Of a DNA stretch of 64,000 bases, positions 53,240 to 64,000 are shown in pieces. Numbering within the stretch: position 1 is the first letter of the stretch; each line of letters starts with the position of its first letter. The notes under the pieces are model-generated. The model saw only the letters and a list, made by a program, of their open reading frames with translations, was not told the origin of the DNA and did no database searches. Source of the stretch: Macrostomum hystrix (taxonomy: Eukaryota > Animalia > Platyhelminthes); the NCBI GenBank assembly GCA_950097015.1, contig CATNEN010000012.1, forward strand, positions 682,001 to 746,000, read 5' to 3'. The position numbers and the translations under genes were made by a program.

Positions 53240-56200
53240 TCACTCCACCACCTTGATTGGCGAACCCTTTCTGATCTGGCCCCAGCCGATGAGGCGCCAG
53301 TGCTTGTCAACTCGACGCGACAGGGCGATCTTCTCGCCAATCTCTGTGCAGACGGGCTGGTTGAGGGCGATGCGAGCCAGGTCGTTCTTCACTGCTATCA
53401 CTCGGCAGCCGGTGGACAGGGAGCCGATGTTCACCATGAGCAGCTCAGCCTTGGCCAGCTTTTGCACCTGAAATTCGGAACTAATTCATTTAACTTGAGA
53501 GGCTTATCAGTCCACGCTTGAGCTGGGTAGGGTGACTGATTAGCCTGAGGTTGAGCTGGGTAGGGTGGCTGATTACCCTGAGGTTGAGCTGGGTAGGGTG
53601 GCTGATTAGCCTGAGGTTGAGCTGGGTAGGGTGGCTGATGAGCCTAAGGTTGAGCTGGGTAGGGTGGCTGATGAGCCTAAGGTTGAGCTGGGTAGGGTGA
53701 CTGATTAGCCTGAGGTTGAGCTGGGTAGGGTGACTGATTAGCCTGAGGTTGAGCTGGGTAGGGTGGCTGATGAGCCTAAGGTTGAGCTGGGTAGGGTGGC
53801 TGATTAGCCTGAGGTTAAGCTGGGTAGGGTGGCTGATTAGCCTAAGGTTGAGCTGGGTAGGGTGGCTGATGAGCCTAAGGTTGAGCTGGGTAGGGTGGCT
53901 GATGAGCCTAAGGTTGAGCTGGGTAGGGTGACTGATTAGCCTGAGGTTGAGCTGGGTAGGGTGACTGATTAGCCTGAGGTTGAGCTGGGTAGGGTGACTG
54001 ATTAGCCTGAGGTTGAGCTGGGTAGGGTGGCTGATTACCCTGAGGTTGAGCTGGGTAGGGTGGCTGATTAGCCTGAGGTTGAGCTGGGTAGGGTGGCTGA
54101 TGGTCCTGAGGTTGAGCTGGGTAGGGTGGCTGATTAGCCTGAGGTTAAGCTGGGTAGGGTGGCTGATTAGCCTAAGGTTGAGCTGGGTAGGGTGGCTGAT
54201 GAGCCTAAGGTTGAGCTGGGTAGGGTGACTGATTAGCCTGAGGTTGAGCTGGGTAGGGTGACTGATTAGCCTGAGGTTGAGCTGGGTAGGGTGGCTGATT
54301 ACCCTGAGGTTGAGCTGGGTAGGGTGGCTGATTAGCCTGAGGTTGAGCTGGGTAGGGTGGCTGATTAGCCTGAGGTTGAGCTGGGTAGGGTGACTGATTA
54401 GCCTAAGGTTGAGCTGGGTAGGGTGGCTGATGAGCCTAAGGTTGAGCTGGGTAGGGTGGCTGATGAGCCTAAGGTTGAGCTGGGTAGGGTGACTGATTAG
54501 CCTGAGGTTGAGCTGGGTAGGGTGACTGATTAGCCTGAGGTTGAGCTGGGTAGGGTGGCTGATTACCCTGAGGTTGAGCTGGGTAGGGTGGCTGATTAGC
54601 CTGAGGTTGAGCTGGGTAGGGTGGCTGATGGTCCTGAGGTTGAGCTGGGTAGGGTGGCTGATTAGCCTGAGGTTAAGCTGGGTAGGGTGGCTGATTAGCC
54701 TAAGGTTGAGCTGGGTAGGGTGGCTGATGAGCCTAAGGCTGAGCTGGGTAGGGTGGCTGATGAGCCTAAGGTTGAGCTGGGTAGGGTGACTGATTAGCCT
54801 GAGGTTGAGCTGGGTAGGGTGACTGATTAGCCTGAGGTTGAGCTGGGTAGGGTGGCTGATTACCCTGAGGTTGAGCTGGGTAGGGTGGCTGATTAGCCTG
54901 AGGTTGAGCTGGGTAGGGTGGCTGATTAGCCTGAGGTTGAGCTGGGTAGGGTGACTGATTAGCCTGAGGTTGAGCTGGGTAGGGTGGCTGATTACCCTGA
55001 GGTTGAGCTGGGTAGGGTGGCTGATTAGCCTGAGGTTGAGCTGGGTAGGATGGCTGATGGTCCTGAGGTTGAGCTGGGTAGGGTGGCTGATTAGCCTGAG
55101 GTTTCCTAATATAATCCTGAAGTAAGAATAGTCAACTTAACCAGGTCCAGGTTTATTACTTGCAGTAGCGATTCCGAAATTTAGTGGCATATTTAAAGGA
55201 AAAAGTGCTACTAATCTTTTACAATAAGAAAACAGCGGCAAACCTTGGCACCCTTCTTATCGCCCTCGGTGCGGACGCCCAAAAGTCGGCGCAGCAGGAA
55301 GAAGCTGATCTCCAGTTCGATATAGATGCTGGGCAGGGTGCCAACGGCGCCTAGCACCATGCCGATCATGCGATCGGCTCGGCACAGAGTCGGATCGACC
55401 ATGGTGCCGACACCGATCAGGCCGCCTGGCACGGCGTATTGCAAATCATTGCGCTCAGTGAATAGGGAGACAATGCGCGACATGATTGGCCGGCAGGTCA
55501 TGCGGCCCTCGGCGCCCTTCGAGATGATGCCCGGCCGGACTTCGACCTCCTGGCCAACGCGGAGGACGCCGCGCAGCACGGAGCCGCCGGCGACGCCGCC
55601 TTTCAAATCGTCCACCTCGGAGCCTTGAGGGTCAAGGTGCGATGGAAATTCATCCATTATAGATTGAAACAGCAACAATAAAGTAGTTGAAATTCTCGTT
55701 ATTCACTACTTAAAGTAGACGATCGAGACCAAATTTTTTTTGTGTAAATGAGGCGCGAAAGCTGTTCAGTGCAGGAGTTTTCGTGAGAATTGATATGGCT
55801 ATCGGCTACGTAGCAAAAGCTGGTTTGTTTTTAAAAGTGCATTGGCAGCACAAGGAACGAAGGCCTAGTTAAAGAGCTGTAACTGCAAACATAAATGTCG
55901 GAATACCTGGCTTATTCACGTCGAAGCTGCGTATAACAATGAGCCTAGGATCGCTGGTGAAGTCGCGCAGGGGTACAGGCACCTTCTGGCAGATGTACTC
56001 GCACACAACGTCAATGTTGTAGCCAAGCTGCGCCGAAATGGGCACCACAGGACTACCGTCCGCTACTGTGCCCTTGATGAAGTCCAAGATGGCCTCGTAC
56101 TGGGTGTGCGCCTCCTGCTCCTTGATCAAGTCGATCTTATTCTGAAGAATGATCAGATGACGCAGTCGCATGATTTCAACAGCGGCCAGATGCTCGGATG

Positions 56201-56675
56201 TCTGCGGCTGCGGGCAGGCCTCGTTACCGGCGATCAGTAGCAGAGCGGCGTCCATGACAGCGGCGCCGTTCAGCATAGTGGCCATGAGGATGTCGTGACC
56301 GGGACAATCGACAAACGAAACGTGACGCTGAACCCGAAATCGGCCTGAGCAGCCGGGCCTGTCGCACGGGAAATCGTCCGGATGGGCGGAGCCTTTGCTG
56401 CGGAAGCAGCCGGGCCTAGGGCACAGCTGATTGTCGCAGCGATAGATCTTGGCATTGGCGTAGCCCAGTTTAATGGTGATGTTGCGTACCAGTTCATTCT
56501 TGTGACGAATGGTGTGCACGCCTGAGATGGCCTTCACTACAGTGGTCTTGCCGTGCGCCACGTGGCCGATGGTGCCAATGTTAATGGTGGCCTGCCGGCT
56601 AATCACCTCAGGAGTCAGAGGCGTGAGTTTGCTCAAATCCAGTTTACTGATATCCTGTTCAGCTAAGTGATCCAT
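53240..56675 (-). CDS. EIF2S3: Eukaryotic translation initiation factor 2 subunit gamma, 458 aa, 3 exons
   Basis: Exons (minus) 56675-55907, 55623-55244, 53467-53240; 1377 nt. [34 protein letters not shown]|[31 protein letters not shown]. Confidence 0.98.
53519..55104. repeat. 33-bp minisatellite (eIF2-gamma intron 2)
   Basis: About 48 units; variant pattern recurs with a 528-bp period. Confidence 0.97.
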
Positions 56676-59165
56676 GATTGCCTATTGGTTGAGTCCCAGT
56701 TGCTGAAAAATTTCATTTAGAATGCTATTAGTCTAATTAAAAGCTAAAACATTTAAAAGTCCATGGAAAGAAGTCATAACTTTCATGTATAACTTATTGT
56801 CAGCATTTACAATAATAACTTATGTAATAGTTTCATCATATAACATGTACATACAAATATTTTTATGCATGCAAAGTGTAACTAGCAAGCCAGCAATTAC
56901 ATACCTATTCTAGATATGGCTTACAGGTATAGATACTGTAGGTATGTCTAGCTAACTAATGTTTGCTAGCCTCTAACACAAATGTCCTCATGGCTCAATT
57001 CTGTTGCAATACTATTTGTGTGTAGCTCACACAAATGTCCTCATGGCTCAATTCTGTTGCAATACTATCTGTGTGTAGCCACCGAGAGTAAGTGTATTGG
57101 TTCAACTGTGATTTTTTGTTCAAAGGTTTTGTTTTTTGTTTTGTAATACACTATACTGTATTATAGCAAAAACTTTTCCTTTAACTATATGAATTCAAAT
57201 TAAATGATTTCAATGAATAAATAAAGGCAGTTTCTATTTGTCTGGTTAACTGGACAATTGACCATTTTGGATATTTGTTTTGTTCACTGGTCACTGGTTA
57301 TCTTTTTTTCTGGTTAGAAGAGCAGAAATATAAATATCAGGAATATATAGATTACTGTATTGATTTCTTGTTGTTATACTTTAGAATATATCAATAAACT
57401 GAAATTAAGGAATTTCACATTTTTATCAGAAGCAATTTAATCTCATCACACTTCACACATCAACCACAAAACCACTATAAGAAAAAATATGTGATAAGAA
57501 CTTTAAAATCCCCTTATAAGTAAATTGACTTGTTTTTGGAAAAGTACACTCTACAATTGAATCATACATGTACAACCTCCCAAATCTTAGCCAGCCGTGC
57601 AACTTAGTTTTTGCTCTATTTGTGACTTAGTTTGCTCTCAGTTACGATTTAGTTCGTTTCATTGCTCTATTTACGACTTAGTTTGCTCTCATTTGCTCTA
57701 TTTTCTCTCCCATTTTTCCTTTTCTTCATGACTTCCTTTTTTGTCCCTTGGTCCCCCCTTTGATTTTTTGCGCTTGGTTGATTGGTTTTTGTGACTTACC
57801 TTGCTTGGCCCTCGTTTCACCTGGCCGGTTCTGTTGGCTGGGTGTTGCACATGTATGAATTGAATCAATAGAAAATTGAGCCAAAAACTGCCATATTCTG
57901 GTGAATAACATTTAATAGCTCAATAGCTCAATAGTTGGCAACAAGTGTAATTTAATTCCCTAAATTAAAGTGTCTTCATTACTCATTTACATGCATATGC
58001 AATTTCTATCATTCAGAAATTTTAATTTATTTTACATAAATAAAAATATTTTTACAGAATATTTTATTCTACTTGTGGCTATATTGATTCAAGAAATTAT
58101 GGTATTTTGTTTGGCTTGTTTTGAATTTTAAAATGTAACAGGGCTTATGAATATACTTTTCTCTCTCTTGGTGGCGTATTCTTCTGGCCTCTTTTGTTCC
58201 TTATTTCTCCCTCTAACTCTTTGTATTCTCCCTTATACTTTATCTTGGTGACCCTGAAAAGGGCCATTTTAACTCCACAACTCTTACATTGTGGGTTTCC
58301 CTTAAGATAGCGCTTTTGTACTGGCACGAGCAGTTTATCCTTCTAAGGCACTGGTCTCTTATTCTCTAATCTTAGCTGGGTGTTTCTCCAGGATTAGAGG
58401 GTCATAGCCTCAAACTGTCTTATTTCCACTCTGGACACTTATCTCCTTAGTATATTAAATAACACAACAACATCTTTAAGATGTTACTTAGATATTGCCT
58501 TTTCTTTGGCTCACTGGCAAGGTGTATTTTTGACAGTAAAATTTTCTCCTTTATATATTGTTCCTAAAATTTGTTTTAATAAAGTATAATTTCCCTAAAT
58601 ATAATATATAATATTTTGAATATATGGCATATAGATTTTTAAGCACAGAAATATAAAAATATTTGAAATATACTGTATAGTGCAAAAATATTGAACTATT
58701 ACAAAAACTATTGTAATGATGAATGATTATTAGTGTTTATAAAAAATGTTTATGAAATCCAAAGAAGCATGTGTGGACACATAAAACAAAGAGTTTGACA
58801 AACCTCCAAAAGACATGTAGTGACTAGTTGTATCTAAAGAAAAAGAGTGATGATTTTTTATCTTTGTGAGTCTATAGTGAATATTTTTCTTACAAAAATA
58901 TGTCTTCAATTATTTATGAAAAACATTGAGTATCACATTTTTATATTTCTATTGGTTTTCTTAGATTGAAGTGAAGTTTGATGCAATTAAACTACTTTTG
59001 ATAAAAAAGTGATAAGAAAATTGATATTTCAGACACAATAATATGATAGTCCAAAGAACAATAAAAGAATTAATATGGTAATCCATTTATTACTGATACA
59101 TGGACAAATAAAAAGGATAGCTATTTGTCTAGTTAACAGGACAAATAACAACTACCATAAATAAA

Positions 59166-59855
59166 GGCAGAGCTTATTCCCACGGTCCCGTGCCGATAAA
59201 TTTAAATTTTATCCACACGGATCCGTGCCGATAATTTTCTGCTTATCCACACGGCAGCTTGTATGAATAGGTCTACAACTCTTTATATATGCCGTGCCGT
59301 TAATTTCAATTTTATCCACATGGTTCTGTTTTTTTGAAACAAAGCCCTTTCGGGTTTGAACGTTTTGTTGAACCCTCGAGCCAATAGATCGACAAAGTTG
59401 CCAGTGTGTTACGACTGTGTTCTACATTTCGACCTACACATTCATTAACCAACATTAATGTCAGATTGTCGATTTGTCGACTTTGCGTTGTGTACATTCA
59501 AAAGGCAATGGAGCAAATTACATTTTAGCAGTGTTTCTCAGAAACGTAAGCTTTCAAACAGTAGAAAAAACAAAGGATAATAAACGCGCAAGGACAGGCA
59601 TATTAGCCACAAGTTGTATTTAAGTATTGTTTATCATCAGTAATAAAGCGCTTTACTGACTGACAATGCAAAATTGGATAGGGACCGAAAAGCAAGACCG
59701 GGCACCGAAACGCTCGGCACCGAAAAGCACAGGCACCGAAATGCGCGGAAACCATTCATATAAGCTGCCGTGTGGATAAGCAGAAAATTATCGGCACGGA
59801 TCCGTGTGGATAAAATTAAAATTATCGGCACAGGACCGTGGGAAAAAGCACTTCC
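59166..59855. mobile_element. MITE family B (Mutator-like), 690 bp
   Basis: Long TIRs of about 110 bp beginning GGCAG(A/T)GCTTATTCCCACGG; 9-bp TSD ATAAATAAA at 59157-59165 and 59856-59864. Confidence 0.88.
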
Positions 59856-61573
59856 ATAAATAAATTTAAACATTTGTGATCACCAAGAACACTCACAGTT
59901 TGCCCTCAGTTTAGTAAATACTGTACACATTGATAACTATAAAACAAGTAACACTAGTTTCTATTGAAAAAGGAAAAACTGACCTAACTTTAAGATTCAC
60001 CAATTAGCTAGATGACAGTATCTGATCTGGAAAGTGAATGACAATAGTGTAAGATATAAAAAAACTATGATGAAGTGTCCAGGACCCATAATGGGCAAGC
60101 CAGTGTAGTACTAGTAGGTTAAGTTCCTAAATATAGTACTTTGGTAGGCCTAGTAGTAGTTATAAACATGCTGATTAAATTATGTCAATAATAGGTAGCA
60201 ATGAGAAGCAGACCCAGTATTATAGCTAGGTTCCCAAATAATATATTATTATTAAAACAGGCTTTACAAAAAGTCTTTTAGAATTATCTAGATCCCTTGC
60301 ATTGCATAGAAAAAAGTAGCTGCATGGTTTCTTCACCGAGGAACATTCAAGGGCATTTCTGTGGATGGTAAGGCATCTGTATTTAATTGTGTACAGTAAA
60401 AAATATAGTCATATAGGCTAAACAACAAGATACTATCTATACATATGTCAAGATAGCTAGCTTTTTAGCACTATTAAAATTTAAAAAAATAATATACACA
60501 TGAAAATGAAACTTGAAAGATTGCAGCTAGCTAGAAAAGTAAGTTAAGAATTTATTAAGTTACTAACCCAAAGCAAATAAAAAATAGACATGAGTCATTA
60601 AAATTCATGAGATCAAAATAGCAAGTTATTGCATTAGTGAAGCTTTTTTGCAACACTAAAATGTAAGTCTAAAATACAATCCGTTTTTATCGGGGTTATG
60701 GCTCCTAGTCCTCTGGTCTTGCTCTGATTCGCAATTATCTAGCAGCCTAGCTATAATAATGAACAACAGTATGTTATGTTGACTTATGATCAATGGCAGC
60801 ATTAAGGAAGAAACTTTCATTTCATTTTGGTATAAAGCTGTCTATTCTTTAACTTTTTCGAATTCGGGAATTCGTTACTTGCGCAAATACAGCGAATGTT
60901 TTAGATTACTAGGCCCTACCAAATTTGTAATAATTACTTAGATAGAGCAAATACGGCGAACACGAGCGCGCGCGCACAATTGTTTCATCATCTTGTTTAA
61001 ACGCGATTTGATTTGAAACGAACTTTTTTCTTGCTTTAGAATTGCTGCAGGATATGCAAACGTGTTTTGATTTTAGGTACAATGAAGTAACTAATTTGTA
61101 TTATGCTTCTGTATTTCCAGACTATAGTTTTGTTTGACTTATTAGTTGTGAACATTTTTAAATAAAAGTGTGTTTTGTCATGTGATCCAACTTTTACAGT
61201 ACATGCATGGCTCCTCGTCGTTTATTCGGGCTTTAAACTGTTGTCGAGCATAACATTTTGTCTCATTTAATGTTTTTTCTAGATAGGCCCTATTCTATAT
61301 TATTATTTTATAATTTCTCAAGTCTTTGATCATTTGCTTCAAGTTTAAGTGCTTTCTGTTCTTAATGTGTCTTGTATTATCTTTTTCTTTAGCTAGGACT
61401 CCTTTGAGTTAAAGGTGTTATTTTCGAAAAAAAATTATTTTCGGAAAATCTCATTTTTTGTCGACTGTCATTGATTTTATTATCACTACTTCAATGTTTG
61501 GCGACAAGTCGCCTAAGTGATCAAAACTTGTCACCGAAGTCAATTCGCCAAAATGACTTGTCGGTGTTGTCGC

Positions 61574-62755
61574 ACGTTAGCAACATTTTACCGCTCGGTA
61601 AAAACTGCTAACTTTACCACATAGTAATGACTATGTGGAATTTACCGCACTGTTTAAGTAACCTCATTTCAGGCTTGGACTATGCAGTAGACTATGCAGA
61701 AATTACCGCATGGTGAAGTTAGTGGTTTTTACCTCACTGTTTATTAAAAGGAGATCAACAATGGTAGATATCTGGTGGTTGCCAAAAAGTTAACTATGGT
61801 GAGCCCTCTAGGCGCATTGCTAAAGTCTAAAGACAATGGGAAAGTTCACCTCAGTCATGACTGCAGCAAGCCCATAGGCGGCTAGGCTATAAACAGTGCA
61901 GTAAAAACAGCTAACTTTACCGTGCGCTAAATTCCACATAGTCCAAGCCTGAAATGAATTTATTTAAACAGTGCGATAAATTCTGCATAGGCCTAGTCTA
62001 TCATATAATAAGGTTGGTTAAACAGTGCGGTTTTTTAATGTGTTATAAGGCAGTGCTTATCCCTACGGTACCGTGGTAATAATTTTTGTCTTATTCCTAC
62101 GGTACCGTGGGAATAATTTCCTGCTTATCCGCACGGCACACTGACGAGATAGCTGTCCTATCTTCAACATATTCCGTTGGCACTGTCAGACATTTTTTAT
62201 GGACCTATTTTAACTTGGCCTAGAATAAAGTAATAGACTGGATTATAGACTTAGAAGGCTTGAGCTATAAGATTAGAAAAATACACACTTCAGTTGTATT
62301 CTTTTGAATATATAAATAATAGAAATATATATTTTATATACTTTAAAAAGCCACCGTATTGGGTAACTACTTGCGAAAAAAGCAGAAAACTTTAATTTGT
62401 TTACTTGCTTTTAAAAACCGGAAGAAAAAAGGAAAATTGCAGTCATGGTAAAAAGATAGATGATAGGACAGCTATCTCGTCAGTGTGCCGTGCGGATAAG
62501 CAGGAAATTATTCCCACGGAATATGTTGAAGATAGGACAGCTATCTCGTCAGTGTGCCGTGCGGATAAGCAGGAAATTATTCCCACGGTACCGTAGGAAT
62601 AAGACAAAAATTATTTCTACGGTACCGTGGGGATAAGCACTGCCATGTTATAAACAGTGCGGTAAAAACCACTAACTTCACTGCAGGGTAATGTGTTGCC
62701 ATTACTATGTGGTAAAGTTAGTGGTTTTTATCGCGCAGTAAAATGTTGCTAACGT
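61574..62755. mobile_element. Foldback/MITE-like element hosting MITE B copy 2
   Basis: About 56-bp imperfect inverted repeats ACGTTAGCAACATTTTAC...CACATAGTAATG; TSD unclear. Confidence 0.65.
62049..62644. mobile_element. MITE family B-related copy 2 (596 bp)
   Basis: Termini GGCAGTGCTTATCCC / GGGATAAGCACTGCC; flanks (G/A)TGTTATAA on both sides; part of the right TIR is internally duplicated. Confidence 0.85.
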
Positions 62756-63053
62756 CGTTGTCACCAAAATGACTATCTCCAAAGTGACTTTTTGCCCAAG
62801 TGATCATAACCCCCTGTGACCTATTTCAATGTCATGTCAATGAATCTAAATTATCCATATCATTTGCCAAAAATTCTATGGTATATTCTTGACCAAGAAT
62901 TTTGATCCTGATATTTCAGTTTTTAGCATTAGACAATAAAGTGTATGTGTTTATGTGTAAACATCAAAATGGACTGCAATGGACCACAACAGCCTGCAAT
63001 GCTAATGTAGTAATGGACTGCAGTGTAGCAGTGGGACTGAGGCAGTAGTTTTT

Positions 63054-63477
63054 GGTACCTAGACACTTCGTCATCTTACAACTTCGTCATCCAGATGACG
63101 ATCTGTCTAATATCTTAGAGGGTGGATGACAAAGAGACTTAGACTTAAGAACACTTCGTCATCTATAAAACAAAAGTTTTCAAAGTTACAACAGAACCAC
63201 CACTCCCCACCCCTCCTCACATCGTGTTAGCACCTATCTTTCAACACTTACAATGAAATCAGTTTTGACACCTCTTTTTGACAATTTAGAGTGTGAAGTG
63301 TGTTCAAACCTCTGCCCCACCACCCCACCCTCACTTTATTGATGACGAACTTGATTGCTTGTTATTAGTAGATAACGAACTGACCAAACTTTAAAGCATG
63401 CCAATTGGCTAGATGGCGAAGTGTCCTTATTTCCAAGTGGATGACGAAGTTGTAAGATGACTAAGTTTCTAGGATCC
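63054..63477 (-). mobile_element. MITE family A copy 3 (424 bp, opposite orientation)
   Basis: 9-bp TSD GTAGTTTTT at 63045-63053 and 63478-63486. Confidence 0.9.
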
Positions 63478-64000
63478 GTAGTTTTTTATCTGTGTGTCAA
63501 TTGATGTTTTATTTGCTAGACATTTTTTAAATCAGTAAATCATAAATATAATCTGAACTTGCACATGTTTGACCAAGTAAGTTATACTGCAACTCATATT
63601 TTGCTGTTTTTCACTATTGAGATTTTAGAATGTCAAACAGATATGAGCAACCTTTTAAAGTTGCTTGAAAGCACAATGTAATATATATATATATATATTT
63701 CCTTGTTCCCACTCTAGTCCATTGTAGTCCATTTTTGTGTTTTCTACCCAGAAAAATATGGGCTAAACCATAGTCAAGAAAGTGTCCAGTGTATACAGAA
63801 ACTAATTCTAGGGCCAACCAAGCATGTACACAATGTATGATAATTTCAATAGCCTTATTTTGAATTTACACCATATGATGAAGTCATTTCTTTATCATTT
63901 TCCTTACTTAAGAGACATATGAAGATACATTAATAGCTATGTATCCAGATAACTAAATATATGGATATTTCCAAATATTCCAATATCAAACAATCTTACC

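Noticed and set aside
57590-57720. Short degenerate TTAGTTTGCTCTC repeats
   Set aside because: Only about 4 imperfect copies, with no further structure.
58145-58327. Basic 60-aa ORF with CxxC (possible decayed transposase or zinc-finger fragment)
   Set aside because: No ATG or splice support, stops immediately upstream, and no recognisable family motif.

Overview
Eukaryotic (metazoan) genomic DNA, most likely from a Macrostomum-like free-living flatworm. This is an inference from the minisatellite-filled introns, GC-rich exons and a close match to the M. lignano spliced-leader sequence as I recall it. Eight spliced protein-coding genes can be rebuilt with phase-consistent splice sites. On + they are a GT32/SUR1-like glycosyltransferase, a PLAC8 protein, an orphan secreted 12-Cys protein and a DEG/ENaC channel. 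On - they are LETM1, UBE2D, an insulin-like peptide that no single ORF shows, and eIF2-gamma. The window also holds a full-length but disrupted mariner, several MITEs with 8-9 bp TSDs (some nested), about 20 unrelated minisatellite arrays (many inside introns) and a 351-bp solo-LTR-like insertion. Most notable: (1) that insertion carries a spliced-leader-like sequence at one end; (2) the 8-Cys IGF-like insulin gene appears to have its start codon split by an intron; (3) the orphan secreted Cys-rich protein. No CRISPR, rRNA or tRNA genes were seen. Gene models were built by eye and need RNA-seq confirmation.
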